Assembly (NCBI RefSeq): GCF_006345805.1
Contig: NC_043006.1
Coordinates: 40,858,001-40,922,000, forward strand
DNA length: 64,000 bases
Origin: Octopus sinensis
Lineage: Eukaryota
Direction of reading: 5' to 3'
Shown: piece after piece, positions 14,900 through 27,943 of the stretch
Position numbering within the stretch: position 1 is the first letter of the stretch
Layout of the letters: each line of letters begins with the position of its first letter
Program-made: the position numbers and the translations under genes
The notes under the pieces: model-generated
Seen by the model: only the letters and a program-made list of their open reading frames with translations
What the model was told of the DNA's origin: nothing
Database searches by the model: none

Positions 14900-15175
14900 A
14901 GCTATATTGGAACAGCCTAGAAGACGAGCCTCATCCTGAATGATCTGTGAACTCGACAAGGACATCCTGAAAACCCTGGTGGAACAAAATCTCATCGTAA
15001 CTGTTGAGGAACTAGCAGAGAAGCTTGGATTTGGTCATTCAACCATTCATTGAGACCTGTGTGCTATCGGAAAAGTCAGCAAATTGGGTCAATGGGTTCC
15101 TCACGAACTTTCCGAGTCTAATTGCATGCAGAGAGTGAATGTATGCTTTTCTTTGCTGTCACATCTCACCACTAC
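14900..15175 (+). mobile_element. mariner transposase fragment
   Basis: VTVEELAEKLGFGHSTIH*DLCAIGKVSKLGQWVPHEL (helix-turn-helix plus WVPHEL linker). Confidence 0.85.
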
Positions 15176-15188
15176 TGCGCTATGTATA

Positions 15189-15823
15189 TCTATATATAAA
15201 ACTGTAGTTGTGAGAGTGTCTGTCCCCTTCGATTTAGATTCCTAACTACTCCCACATTTTGCGGTGCAGTTTAACCAAATTCGGGTAGCTTATAGTCGTG
15301 ATTCATATCGAGCCCGTCTGAGTATTAGCGCGCGTCTACGATGAGTCTACGATTTTAAAAATAATTTAACATCATTTTTTATTCCATTTTAATGCATAAT
15401 TTTTCGTGTGTCGATGGCGGCGGAGTTGCGTCCACGCTCACACCTGCACCTGTGGGGAAGGGAGTGTAAGGAAATCAACGTCGTAATGCGTTGTCAAGGA
15501 GACCAGCGTTCTTTTAGAACAACGACTTCATGGCTTGAAGACACCAAAACAGAAATGGCTAAGAAAGCGTCTACATGAGTCTACGATTTAAAAAAAAATT
15601 TACCATCGTTTTTTTTCCATTTTAATGCATTTTTTCGCTATTATATAAGGGAAGTAACTCTCTAAAAATGTCTACGATGAGTCAACGATTTTTCAAAAGA
15701 TTTACCATCATATTTTTTCCATTTTTAATGCATTTTTTGCTATTTTTTTGGCTATAACTCTCTAAAAATGCTTATATAGTTATTTCCCTTACAAACCCGA
15801 GCAACGCCGGGCGATACTGCTAG
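15189..15823 (+). mobile_element. Non-autonomous Helitron
   Basis: A|TCTATATATAAAA 5' end; 3' hairpin CCCGAGCAACGCCGGG then CTAG|T. Confidence 0.85.
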
Positions 15824-16429
15824 TATATATATATATATGAACAGACTTCTTTCAGTTTCCATCTACCGAATCCACTCTCAAGGCTTTGATCGACTCCAGG
15901 CTATAGAAGACATTTGCCCAAAGTGTCACGCAGTGGAACTGAACCCGGAACCATGTGGTTGAGAAGCAAACTTCTTACCACACAGCACAACACGAAATTA
16001 TAACGATCATTAAAACGTGTGCAGCAAGAACATCAGGAGCAACAGTAGCAGCAGCCGCGGTAGCATTGACTGAGTGCAATTCTCCAATGTGGGCGCCCTG
16101 AGTTGGCAGTGTATCAGTAACTTGTTTGGCGGGGAATGAAGTATTTTCTAACCCGGACAAAAAAAAATAAAATAAAAGGACTACGAGAGGAGAGACGTTA
16201 AGAGGAAAGAAGGAAAAATAAGACGAGTACTAAAGTGAAAGTAAAGGAGACAAAATAAAAGAGATTAAAACAAAGAGAGAGAAATAGAGATTAAGAGATT
16301 AATAGAAACATAGGTTTTTAGCGAGAATATGGCTATGTAGTTATGAAGATCGATTCGCAATCACATACTTTCGACATAACCCAAAACAAACCAGAAACGT
16401 TTTGTGAGACAAGCCCATTTTAGTTCAGA

Positions 16430-17139
16430 TTTCCTCCACTAAAAGCCACTTGATGCGACCCTCGGGCATCAGTCTGCTGAGCGGCGTCTTCGACTTTAGT
16501 CGTACTGTCATGTGGTACGTCTTTGTTTTGCAGTGCCTCTCCCGTGTTCGTTGATTTTTGCGTTGGCTGAAACGAAGAAACGGCGTGCTTCCATGAAATT
16601 TTGTTTTCTGCCGGGAAAAACGGCGGCTGAGACAGTTGTCATGCCTCAAACGACTTACATGGACGCTGCCATGAAGAAAACATAGGTTTATGAGTGGTTT
16701 TTACGCTTTAAGAATGGTCACTTGTCGCTTGAAAATCACTCTCGTTCAGGGCAACCGTCGACCTCCCGAACGAATGAAAACATCACGAAAATTCATGAAC
16801 TGATCTTGGAGGACCGTAGCCAAACAATTGACGAACTTGTTGATATGACTGGTGTCCTGGAGCTCCTGCCAAAGAATTTTGAGCGGGGAATTGCGAAAGA
16901 AAGGAGGTGCAGCAAAATTTGTCCCTCATTAGCTAACGGAAGATCAAAAGCAGTCACGACTGAATGAAAGAACAACTGGAAGAGTTCCAGCACTGCTTCG
17001 AATATGGTGGAAAAGACGTCTGGACCGATGCTTTACTTCAAATGGAGAAATACTTTGAAGTCGATAAAAGTGTAAACATGTAAAACTAAGTGAATAAAAT
17101 AATATTGGAAATTTCTGGTTTCTTGGTTATCCCTTCGTA
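16430..17139 (+). mobile_element. Internally deleted mariner (irritans-like)
   Basis: MKFCFLPGKTAAET, VYEWFLRFKNG, SRSGQPSTS, AKFVPH, EKYFEVD; right end CCCTTCGTA. Confidence 0.8.
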
Positions 17140-17204
17140 TATATATATAAATAAATATATATATAATATAATATATAATAATATATATATATATATGTAT
17201 AATA

Positions 17205-17255
<51 letters not shown>

Positions 17256-17321
17256 TATATATATGTACACACACACACACACACCACACACACACACACA
17301 CACACCACACACACCTATATA

Positions 17322-17369
<48 letters not shown>

Positions 17370-17797
17370 TATATATATACAAATTGAGATAGGGGTTGTA
17401 AATGCACCCTCCATGGGATACATATATCCAATATACTGCTAGTGAAGTACCCAACAAAGTTAATACATAAATGTTAATGATTGCGATGCAATCAATTCAT
17501 TTACTGTATTATATGGGCAAAGGTAAAATGATTTACCACAAATTACTAATACAAGATAAGAAAATGGAGAAATACATCTAAATCAAATATCAATTACACG
17601 ATAATACTCAATCACATACTTTATTAAACCACCACATAAGAGACTGTAGGGTTACATATAAAAAGCAGAACAAATCAGTGTACATACAGTAGTGTACATA
17701 AAAAAGTGTACATAAAAGAGTAATGATGTATAATAAGTAGAATATATATAAAAGAGAATATAAATATAAGTAAATATAAATATAAGTATATATTACA

Positions 17798-17924
17798 TCT
17801 TACAGCTGTTTCGGCCATGTAGATAAGTATGTCTCATTTTACCAATATTAGCATTTTATGGTAGGTCAATATATAGATATAAATGAGACATTTACAAAAA
17901 TATCATAAGGCCTCTTCGGAGATT
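17798..17924 (-). ncRNA. HHR motif, CCGAAGA core variant, long stem II
   Basis: AUCU-CCGAAGA-GGCC...GGCC-GAAAC-AGCU-GUA-AGAU. Confidence 0.55.
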
Positions 17925-17925
17925 A

Positions 17926-18939
17926 TCTATATATATAAAACTGTAGTTGTGTGAGTGTCTGTCTCCTACGATTTAGATTCCTAACTACTCCCACATTTTG
18001 CGGTGCAGTTTCACCAAATTCGGGTATCTTATAGTCGTGATTCATATCGAGCCCGTCTGGGTAGTAGCGCGCGTCTACGATGAGTCTACGATTTTAGAAA
18101 TAATTTAACATCATTTTTTATTCCATTTTAATGCATATTATTTCGTGTGTCGATGGCGGCGGAGTTGGCGTCCATGGTCACACCTGCATCTGTGTTGCTT
18201 CTCCCCCTTCTTCCCTCCCTCGTGAAGCTGTGGGGAAGGGAGTGTAAGGAAATCAACGTCGTAATGCGTTGTCAAGGACACCAGCGTTCTTTTAGAACAA
18301 CGACTTCATGGCTTGAAGTCGCCAAAACAGAAATCGCTAAAAAAGCTGAAACAGATCCACAAAAACGGCAAAAACCGCCACACAGGGCAGGTTTCCTGTG
18401 CAAACAATTTGCACAACCGAATGTTTTAGTTGTTGCACAAATCTTTATATATAAAAGTAAGGTTGTGTGTCTGTCTCCTACGATTTAGATTCCTAACTAC
18501 TCCCACATTTTGCGGTGTAGTTTAACCAAAACCGGGTATCTTATAGTCGTGATTCATATCGAGCCCTTCTGGGTATTAGCGCGCGTCTACGATGAGTCTA
18601 CGATTTTAAAAAAAATTTACCATCATTTTTTATTCCATTTTAATGCATTTTTCGCTATTATATAAGGGAAGTAACTCTCTAAAAATGTCTACGATGAGTC
18701 AACGATTAAAAAAAAATTACCATCATTTTTTATTCCATTTTAATGCATTTTTCGCTATTATATAAGGGAAGTAACTCTCTAAAAATGTCTACGATGAGTC
18801 AAGGATTTAAAAAAAATTACTATCATTTTTTATTCCATTTTTAATGCATTTTTTGCTATTTTTTTTGCTATAACTCACTAAAAATGCTTATATAGTTATT
18901 TCCCTTACAAACCCGAGCAACGCCGGACGATACTGCTAG
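17926..18939 (+). mobile_element. Composite non-autonomous Helitron (5' ends at 17926 and 18442, one CTAG end)
   Basis: Two TC(T)-ATATATAAAA starts; three ~100-bp internal repeats; hairpin plus CTAG|T at 18936-18939. Confidence 0.85.
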
Positions 18940-19997
18940 TATAATATAAATCAGTCTACATATATATCCACATGGGTGTGGGTACATACCCATAATACAA
19001 CATATACATATACATATGAGTGCATATACTCACACTCCTATACATATAAAAATATACATATACATAATGATATAAATAAATAATATAAATTAGTAAACAT
19101 ATATATGTTCCACATTCAACATCTCAGTTTTTCGATTTAATATTGTGATAATAAACATACACATATTAGTACCTAGATGCAAATATACATAGGCAATAGT
19201 ACATTATATTACTTCATACTAATTTCTAAAGTGTCATTGAAGTTAGCATCATTATCGTTGTCAATACAATAAATGTTACCATTATTATCATTCATAATAT
19301 TATCAATAACGCTTACATTAGGATCCAGATTGGCACATAAGTATGTCCGGGTTCCAGTTAGTAATTTTCCTTATGACATTATTGGATTTGAATTTAAAAT
19401 TATCATTATCTTCCTCATGGTTGGTCCATTGAGAGCCGCCCGACCTCTACCACACCGCACAAGCAAAACATACACATCCACATCTAACCCTAAACCCACA
19501 CATCCACACAGAAACTCACTATATGTACAAAAACATACTTACGTCCATATACACATTTTCACACACCCCGACACCTCAACTCACATCCTCTAAATCATAA
19601 ATTAAAATATATGTCTGCCCATCCAAAGACGTATATATACATACACAAAAAGTAAACAGAAGTTACTATTAATTTAGATATAAGTTCATTAATTATAAAT
19701 TAAGTTAATTATAGATTAGTAAGTGCCAGATAAACAAAAGTAAATAATTAAATAAATAAATATAAAAACATATATATATATATCCATGTATAGATAAATA
19801 GATAAGAATATTGTTGACAGTCACTTCGAAGTTTCGTCTGCTTTTGTATTCTACATCAGATTACCATCAGATTAATGTCAAATTACTTTTATTATAACCG
19901 AGCATAAAGACGACCATTAACATGCGTATGTATGCATGCATGCATGTATGTATGCCTGTATGCATGCTCGTATTCATGCACGTACGTACGTACGTAT

Positions 19998-20028
<31 letters not shown>

Positions 20029-20034
20029 TGTATG

Positions 20035-20137
20035 TACGAGGGGTGTATGAAAAGTCTTAAGCCTAAAAAAAAAAACATGACACAAGACTCCTGATGAAGA
20101 TACTTCAAGGCTCAAAATTTTTCATACACTCCTCGTG
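20035..20137. mobile_element. Miniature mariner-type MITE (~100 bp)
   Basis: Inverted ends TACGAGGGGTGTATGAAAA / TTTTCATACACTCCTCGTG. Confidence 0.6.
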
Positions 20138-20559
20138 TGTATGTATGTATCTTTTCCACACTCTTATTCCTGAGTGGGACGTACGAGTTCGCGTCCCCAG
20201 TATGACCAACTGAGAACATCTGAAACTTAGGATATTATCCAAACGACTCGTTCTTGCTCTACACGTAGGTCCTACTACCGGTTGGCTCAGCTTTAGCTTC
20301 ACTCGGCGAATGTAAACACAGGCAAGGAAAGCGATAAAGCAAGGCTTTCAAACAGTATTACGTTTGGGGATTTCTCCCACCTGAATTGTACAGTTGCCAC
20401 CTTTGTTTCAGTCAACCAGTAATTGATCAGACGTCGCTTATTGTCAACAAAATACGATATTAAATTTTAAACTCTGAAATATTAGTGTTACAAATATAGC
20501 TTGCTCTAGGGAGACAACTGTAGAGCCTATATTCAAATTATTTCCCTTGGTTTAACTTT

Positions 20560-21040
20560 CGTTCGATACTGTTTTACTCGTTTATCAACGTCGTCGCCTT
20601 TATGTTGATATCCGAGAATTTGCTGAACGCTTCCTTTATGGTGATGCCATCAATGACTGTATACCAATTCTTGCATAGAAAAGTTGATAGCATTGACTGC
20701 ATGGCAATGTTGGTGGTGAACGAGACAGATTTTGTCTAACTTTTCTCTGTTATCGTTTGATTTCTTCTGGGGTATTCGAAGTTTTTTGGTTCCGATGGTG
20801 ACGGAACATCGTCACTTGGTATGGTCTCGGGCAAGGGTTTCAAACGATTTAGGCTCAGTTCTAGTGGCTTTCAGTATTACTTTGAGTTAGTCCTTGTATC
20901 TTCAAAGAGGGCAACTCCGCGATCTTTTCCCTGGTGTGAGTTCACTGAATAACACTTGGTGAGGAAACCTTGACGCTTCCAATGAACTTTAAGGTATTCA
21001 CAACTAAACAAATTTGCAGTCAAAACGAAAGCTACTGCCA
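20560..21040 (-). mobile_element. RTE-BovB-like LINE 3' fragment
   Basis: PHQVLFSELTPGKRSR...RYKD*LK...FETLARD, then PCSQCYQLFYARIGIQSH (C2H2-like). Confidence 0.75.
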
Positions 21041-21062
21041 AATGTTTATGCCATCTTATTTC

Positions 21063-21420
21063 TATTGGGTTGTCCGGAAAGTTCGTGACGATTTTTAAAG
21101 GAAGAAAAAGGTCAATAAATACTTGCCATTACATTTTTAATCACCCGAATATGAACCATTTTGTTGCACAATGCGTCTCCATATTTCCTTTAACTTGAAA
21201 ATACCCTCTTCCCAAAATTGAAGTGGTTTCATGGCAAAGAATTCATCAAGGTATCTTTTTACGTCATCCAAGGAATTGAAATTTTTACCATTAAGATATT
21301 CTGCAGACCTGAATAAGTGGAAATCCGAAGGAGCAATATCTGGTGACTATGGAGGTGTGGGGTAACACATCCCAGCCGAGCTGCAGCAATTTTTGTCTGG
21401 TTCCCAAAGCATCAAGTGCC
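21063..21420 (-). mobile_element. mariner 3' end
   Basis: QKLLQLGWDVL...SPDIAPSDFHLF...QQNGSY; TIR TATTGGGTTGTCCGGAAAG. Confidence 0.85.
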
Positions 21421-21649
21421 GAAAATAAACTTTCTTATCTTCCATTTTAAAGGGTTACAGAATTAACACAGGTTATAGGAACATAAACCTTCTTCCACGA
21501 AAAGATAGCTCAAACTGTGCTCTAAATGGAGGTTTAGTCAAATCCTATTTTATGGACTCAACCATGTTATAAAATAAGTCGAAAGGTAAGCTGCTATAAA
21601 TCGGCACGAACTACCAGACAACCCAAAATTTGTATCCATTTTTACTTAC

Positions 21650-21720
21650 CCAGATGCCATGCTGCGCGACACCAGAGACCTAACCTAGTTTTCTGTGCCT
21701 TAAGCGGTTCGGACAAACTT
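21650..21720 (-). CDS. Candidate exon with start codon (M-A-S-G, phase-2 end) of an unidentified minus-strand gene
   Basis: Acceptor ttttgttttctttctaactag|, donor |gtaagta, gcagcATGG at 21660. Confidence 0.45.
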
Positions 21721-21799
21721 CTAGTTAGAAAGAAAACAAAATGACCCAGTACCAATAACATGTATATAATCCTTTCTATATAAATACGACGTCTGAGAT

Positions 21800-21965
21800 T
21801 TTGGGGAAGGGGATTACATCGACCCCAATACTCAGCTGGTACTTATTTTATCGACTCTGGTAAGACGAAAGGCAAAGTCGACCTCGGCGGCACTCGAATT
21901 CAGAACGTAAAGCCAGGAAAAATGCCGCCAAGCATTTGGTCCGGTGTGCTAACGATTCAGACAGC
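21800..21965 (-). mobile_element. CORE-type SINE
   Basis: Reverse complement of the 1043-1277 family. Confidence 0.75.
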
Positions 21966-22255
21966 TTGTTTTCTATGTGTTATGTATAAAAAAGAATGTT
22001 GGTTATATGACGTCATAACAGTATTTCTGATTGAAAAGCAATGAACGAAAATTTCCATAATGTCGGAAAGCAACATTTTTTTTTTATAAGCAAAGAATAA
22101 AATATATATGATGAATAAAGTTACAATAGATACAATTAAGTTGTGTGTGTGTGTGTGTGTATTCTTTTATATGTTTCACCTTCCGACCTGAGAAATCAGA
22201 TCACTGCTCTTTATTCATCTTTGATGCACATTGCTAGTGGAACGGCCATGCTTAC

Positions 22256-22320
22256 ACTGTAAAAGTTGGAAAGAAAAATCGCGCGATCAGGCTCAAACTT
22301 CGATCACGTGACCACAATGG
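22256..22320 (-). promoter_or_regulatory. Candidate promoter and non-coding first exon
   Basis: Palindrome ATCGCGCGAT (22278-22287), E-box TCACGTGA (22304-22311), donor |gtaagc at 22255. Confidence 0.35.
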
Positions 22321-23249
22321 TACCAAGTATAAGCACGCATGTACAGAAGTCTGTGTGACACTAATAAAGATATGTTATGGAGAAAGTGCAGATACTTTTG
22401 GACTCTCCGTCCTATATATGCGTGAATCTCAGAAGAGCTGGAATTAGTATCAATGGCGTGAGGAAAAGGGAAGGAACGAGAGAGAAAGAGAGAGATGGAG
22501 GAGAGAGGGGAAGCAGAGAGAGGGAGAGAGAGAGAGAGAGGTGGGGGTCCGAATAGAAGACGAATGATACTTGATTACAATAACTTGTATTTTTCAGTCA
22601 TTGGACTGCGGCCATGCTGTAGCACCGCTTTGAACAAATCCAACACAGTACATTTCTGGGAGGGGGGGGTTGTTATTGTTTTTTTCTTGGTTGAAGTCTA
22701 GTGCTCAATCTCTCCATCTCTGTAGCTAAACTGTTATGTTACGGGGACATATACAAACCAACACCGGTTGTCCAGCCAGCGATGGACGGGAACAACACAA
22801 ACACAAGGATACACACAAACACACATATATACATACACAATTACATACACATACACACATATATGACGGGCTTCCACACAGTTTCCGTTTACCAAATTCA
22901 CTGACATGGCATTAGTCGGCCCCGGTGCTATTGAACCCGAAGCCATATGGTAGTAAAGCGAGTTTTTTAACCATGCAGCCACGCCGGTGACTTGAACCCA
23001 AGAATAGTACAAAACGAATCTTGGGGATGTTAGAAATTCGAAAAATAATATAAACTTCATAATACTCTTGTGTATTTCTCCGTCACAACATATGAATGAA
23101 AAAGGAAGGGGTGATGCACCGATGGAAGTGGGATGCTGGAAAGTCAACGGGGAAACAAAAATCAAACGGCACTTCAACTCTGTGTATGCATGTAAAAGGG
23201 AGAAATGTAAATGTGTGTGTGTGTGTGTGGAAAATATATTTATATAATA

Positions 23250-23640
23250 CTAGCAGTATCGCCCGGCGTTGCTCGGGTTTGTAAGGGAAATAACTATACA
23301 GCATTTTTAGAGAGTTATAGCCAAAAAATAGCAAAAAAAATGCATTAAAAATGGAAAAAATATGATGGTAAATTTTTTTTAAATCGTTGACTCATCGTAG
23401 ACATTTTTAGAGAGTTACTTCCCTTTAAAAAATATGCATGAAAATGGAAAAAAATGATGGTAAATTATTTTTAAAATCGTAGACTCATCGTAGACGCGCG
23501 CTAATACCCAGAAGGGCTCGATATGAATCACGACTATAAGATACCCGGTTTTGGTTAAACTGCACCGCAAAATGTGGTAGTAGTTAGGAATCTAAATCGG
23601 AGTAGACAGACACACAACTTCACTTTCATATATATAAAGA
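23250..23640 (-). mobile_element. Non-autonomous Helitron
   Basis: Same family as 18442-18939; TC start at 23640, hairpin plus CTAG at 23250. Confidence 0.85.
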
Positions 23641-23884
23641 TTTGACGGAGTGTATATGTGTTTGTGTGTGTTTATTTAGAAAGATACATAGAAAATACAA
23701 TTACAGACACACATGCATTTACACATACATATGTATATAAACAGAGGCTCTTAAAAAGGAAGGAAGCGGGCTTTGACAAAGTAGAGAAAAGTGCATTCGA
23801 TACAGACTGTGTTACTCACACATATAAATGTATACATATGCACACACATACACACACATAAACACATCGAGTTGAAGAACTCTT

Positions 23885-24272
23885 TTACTCTTTTACTTGT
23901 TTCAGTCATTTGACTGCGGCCATGCTGGAGCACCTCCTTCTCGTCAAGTAAATCGAACCCAGGGCTTATTCTTTGTAAGCCCAGTACTTATTCTATCGGT
24001 CTCTTTTGCTGAACCGCTAAGTTACGGGACGTAAACACACCACCATCGGTTGTCAAGCAATGGTGGGGGGACAAACAGAGACACACAAACATATACATAC
24101 ATACATAAATATATATATACATATATACGACGGGCTTCTTCCAGTTTCCGTCTACCAAATCCACTCACTAGGCTTTGGTCAGCCCGTAGCTATAGTAGAA
24201 GACACTTGCCCAAGGAGCCACGCAGTGGGAATGAACCCAGAACCATGTGGTTGGTAAGCAAGCTACTTACCT
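23885..24272 (-). mobile_element. Family-A SINE
   Basis: Reverse complement of 12768-13255. Confidence 0.9.
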
Positions 24273-24525
24273 TGTTTTTTTTTTTCCACTTTTTTGTACC
24301 CTTTTTGTATATTAAATATTACAATTAGCCGTCATTTTCGTCGGCATGGGAACCAGCTAGTCAATGATAAAATTTCTATAAAACGTGATAGAAAAATAAA
24401 TATTTATAAGAAATCAATGAATGTGTCAATTTAACGAAGACACAATTCAGTGTTGATTTCGTCAGTTATCTCCCTTGCACTGAAAATCTTGAGGGACTAT
24501 TAGTTCATTTTTAGAATGCTTTATA

Positions 24526-24838
24526 TCACTGTTTCTCAGTCAGGATCCATACGGCCCCTGAGGGTCTACGTCTGATTTTGGGGGTAAATTAGGGATCCAT
24601 AACAGTATTTTAAGGACCCCTAAAAAAAATTTGCTTTAGATGTGTTTTGCAAGAAACATTTAGATTTCTTTCTCTAACATTTTACGAAGTTCAATCCACA
24701 CAAATTGATGCCTGAAAACATTAATAAATAACATTCTAAATGACTAATTTTTAAGCACCGAATGGCTATGAGGGTTCACCAGGATAAAATTGAAATCAAA
24801 GAGGGTCCATAGATACAGAAAATGGTTGAGAACCCTTG
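24526..24838. mobile_element. hAT-like MITE
   Basis: Degenerate ends CACTGTTTCTCAG / GTTGAGAACCCTTG. Confidence 0.45.
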
Positions 24839-24879
24839 CTTTAGTTAGATTTAATAATCTAACTCAGTATTTATTCTTT

Positions 24880-25318
24880 TATTTTTTTTTATTTGTTTCT
24901 GTCATTTGACTGTGGCCATGCTGGAGCACCGCCTTTAGTCGAGCAAATCGACCCCAGGACTTATTCTTTGTAAGCCTAGTACTTATTCTATCGGTCTCTT
25001 TTTGCCGAACCGCTAAGTTAGGGGGACGTAAACACACCAGAGCATCGGTTGTCAAGCAATGTTGGGGGGGGGGGCAAACACAGACACACAAACACACACA
25101 TACACACACACACACACACCACAACACACACACACACACACACCACATATATATATATATAATATATATATATCGACGGGCGCTTCTTTCATTTCCGTCT
25201 ACCAATCCACTCACAAGGCTTTGGTCGGCCTGAGGCTATAGTAGAAGACACTTGCCCAAGGTGCGACACAGTGGGACTGAACCCGGAACCATGTGGTTGG
25301 TAAGCAAGCTTAGTTATT
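24880..25318 (-). mobile_element. Family-A SINE
   Basis: Reverse complement of 12768-13255. Confidence 0.9.
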
Positions 25319-25608
25319 TATTCTATCTTTACCTCATTGGGATGGACGGCAAAGGTCCTCGGCAGAATTTGAACTCAGAGATTTTAAGTTCAAGTTTGAC
25401 GAAACAAAAACAAAGCAAAAACTATTTCGATAGTTAAGTTAATTCTAACGTTTGTAGCAATGACGAAAAAAGTCGTAACTTAAGATGGGTGATTTTTCCT
25501 TGACTGGGATCATGGAGCAAATTCGGATTATCACCCTTGAACTATAATTTGTTCCCAGTAATTTTGGAACAGTTGATTTAGTCAACTTGAGGGCACTTCT
25601 AATTATAT

Positions 25609-26466
25609 TGTTACGACCGTCGCTCAACTCGACTCAGGACCCTAAGTCGGCGACGACGACTACGCTCAGTCAAACGGAAATCCACCACAGAAAGCGGTGG
25701 TCGGCAGCGAACGCAAACCAGTAACCGAAGACAACAACAACAACAGGAGAGAGAGACAGCGGAAGGCAGTTGCTTACATTTAACATCAATTTATACAATT
25801 TTACAGCATCAATTAAACGTAATACATTTCAAATACATTTAAAAACAAAAGCATTTAACAATTCATAACTTTACAAAATAAATCAAACGTAATACCAACT
25901 TAAAAAAACAATCGATTGGTTGACATGCAACACAATACAGAATCACAACAAAGTCTTTCTCTTTTCTTTTCTCTTCCTTCTCTTCTTACGCAGAGAGCTC
26001 GTTCTCAATTTTCTTTAAATATTTACAAGTTCTTCTTTTTTTCTTTTCAACAGATTACAGTCTCTTTTTCAAACATCATAATTCAACATTAAAGTCCAAA
26101 AGACAAATCGAAACATAAGCAACAATACCGAATGTTTCTGAACCCGCTATAGTAGTCCAGCTTCTTCGCTATCATCCTCTTCTCTACCTCTTGCCTGTCA
26201 ATTCCCAATATTCTCTGCCTGTCTTCCTCACCTCGCCGTTACCTCTCGCCATCACCACCTTCTTGGCTGACCGTCCGTATCGACTGCTATCTCTTGCCAA
26301 CCGAACTCTTTTCCGGCCCTTCGCTGTCTGCCTCTTGCCAACTGAACCCTTCTCCGGCCCTTCGCTGTCTGTCTTCTCTAACACCAGTTCGTCGCATTTT
26401 AAAGGATGGCATTTTAATTTTTTTTTTCAAACTTTCCCTGACCGTGTAAGGGTCAGAGATACTTCA
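25609..26466. mobile_element. Possible solo LTR
   Basis: TG...CA ends, GC-richer, internal short tandem repeat; no TSD found. Confidence 0.25.
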
Positions 26467-27098
26467 TAAACTCATTAATTTTAACCTTGCCGTTGACAAG
26501 ACAAAGAACCATCATGTTTTTTCCCCGCCAGTTCGACTCCAACCAACGGAACTAGGATATGGCGTTTTCCCGTTTATTCATCTCCGTAACAATATAATTA
26601 TTGTTTTGTTTGCACTACAACAATAGAGCAGTTACCGTTTCGCCTGCGACTTTCATATTTCGCGGTACGCCATGTTTGATCCATAATAGTTGCACTGTAT
26701 TTTGCGTGTGTGCACATTCAATACACTAAGTTACTCTGTTCAAAGATGTTTTCTGCATTTTAACAACACCAGCATTTTGTGTGTAAACATCCAGACATTA
26801 AATAAAATTATTTATGACACGAAATAAGCGTCTGAAATTCTTTGCTTCAGTACATGAACCAGTGGTGTTACTTCATGGTTGTTCTCACTACCTTTCAGTT
26901 GATGTACGCTCCAGCTTTCTTCAGATGTCTTGTGATACGCCTTAGTGCCTTGTCTGGGATTAAACTCAGAAATTCTAGGTGACTGCACTGCATTAACAAA
27001 CGCAAAATATAGGTACAGGAGTGGATGTGCGATAAGAAGCTGGAACCTTACGGATGATCAATTATAGCACTTACCAGCGAACTAAACCTCATATCCTC

Positions 27099-27138
<40 letters not shown>

Positions 27139-27292
27139 TATATATATATATATAATAATATATATATATATATATATAATAAATTCAGGTGAATACTCGA
27201 TAAATGTAAGCACCTGTATATGCCAGCTAGTAGCATAGGTGACAGGATATATGTATCAAATGAAATAAATGAAAACAGGACACAAAGATGTT

Positions 27293-27385
27293 GCGGTACA
27301 TATGTTTCGAGCTTTATAGAACAACTTACTCTTACATCAATCCATCTCGACATAACAGATAGTCCAAAAGCCCTCTTCAGCCGCT
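27293..27385 (-). ncRNA. HHR motif (left arm of inverted pair)
   Basis: GCGG-CUGAAGA-GGGCUUU...AAAGCUC-GAAAC-AUAU-GUA-CCGC. Confidence 0.7.
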
Positions 27386-27765
27386 TGCAATTGCTACAAA
27401 AACCAAGACTTGTATCACAATATGAAGGTTTGAGAAAAAACATTAGGTATTGTTTATAATGGTATGTAAACCGAGTATCACTGGGAAAGTATGTTTGCAA
27501 ATCTTCATACGCATACATGGTATTATTAGACTCCAAAAAAAATCGTCTATACCGTTTTCTCACTCACTATAGAATGAATACTGGGTAGATTCCTTCATGT
27601 AAGGGAAGGAATTGGATGTTGAGAGAAAGAGAAAAAGGAGAAAGGAGGGGAAGGGGAGGAAACGTTAATGAAGTTGGGATCACAAAAATATATATATGAA
27701 TATAAATATAATTCTAAAGGATAATAAAATATAATAAAGTAAAGATGTGAAAATATAAATATATA

Positions 27766-27859
27766 AGCGGCTGAAGAGGGCTTTTGAACTATCTGTTATG
27801 TCGATTATGCATTGATGTAAGAATAAGTTGTTCTATAAAGCTCGAAACATGTGTACCGC
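27766..27859 (+). ncRNA. HHR motif (right arm of inverted pair)
   Basis: GCGG-CUGAAGA-GGGCUUU...AAAGCUC-GAAAC-AUGU-GUA-CCGC. Confidence 0.7.
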
Positions 27860-27904
27860 AACATCCTTTGTGTCCTGTTTTTTCATTTTATTTCATTTGA
27901 TAAC

Positions 27905-27943
<39 letters not shown>

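Larger units (their letters stand above)
17381..19870 (-). mobile_element. Penelope-like element remnant (pLTR plus Asn-rich region), interrupted by a Helitron
   Basis: 17381-17620 matches the reverse complement of 53100-53330; HHR at 17798-17924. Confidence 0.6.

Noticed and set aside
26850-27010. Possible minus-strand exon (LEFLSLIPDKALRRITRHLKKAGAYIN*)
   Set aside because: Two frames are similarly open, the donor is mediocre, and no motif was recognised.
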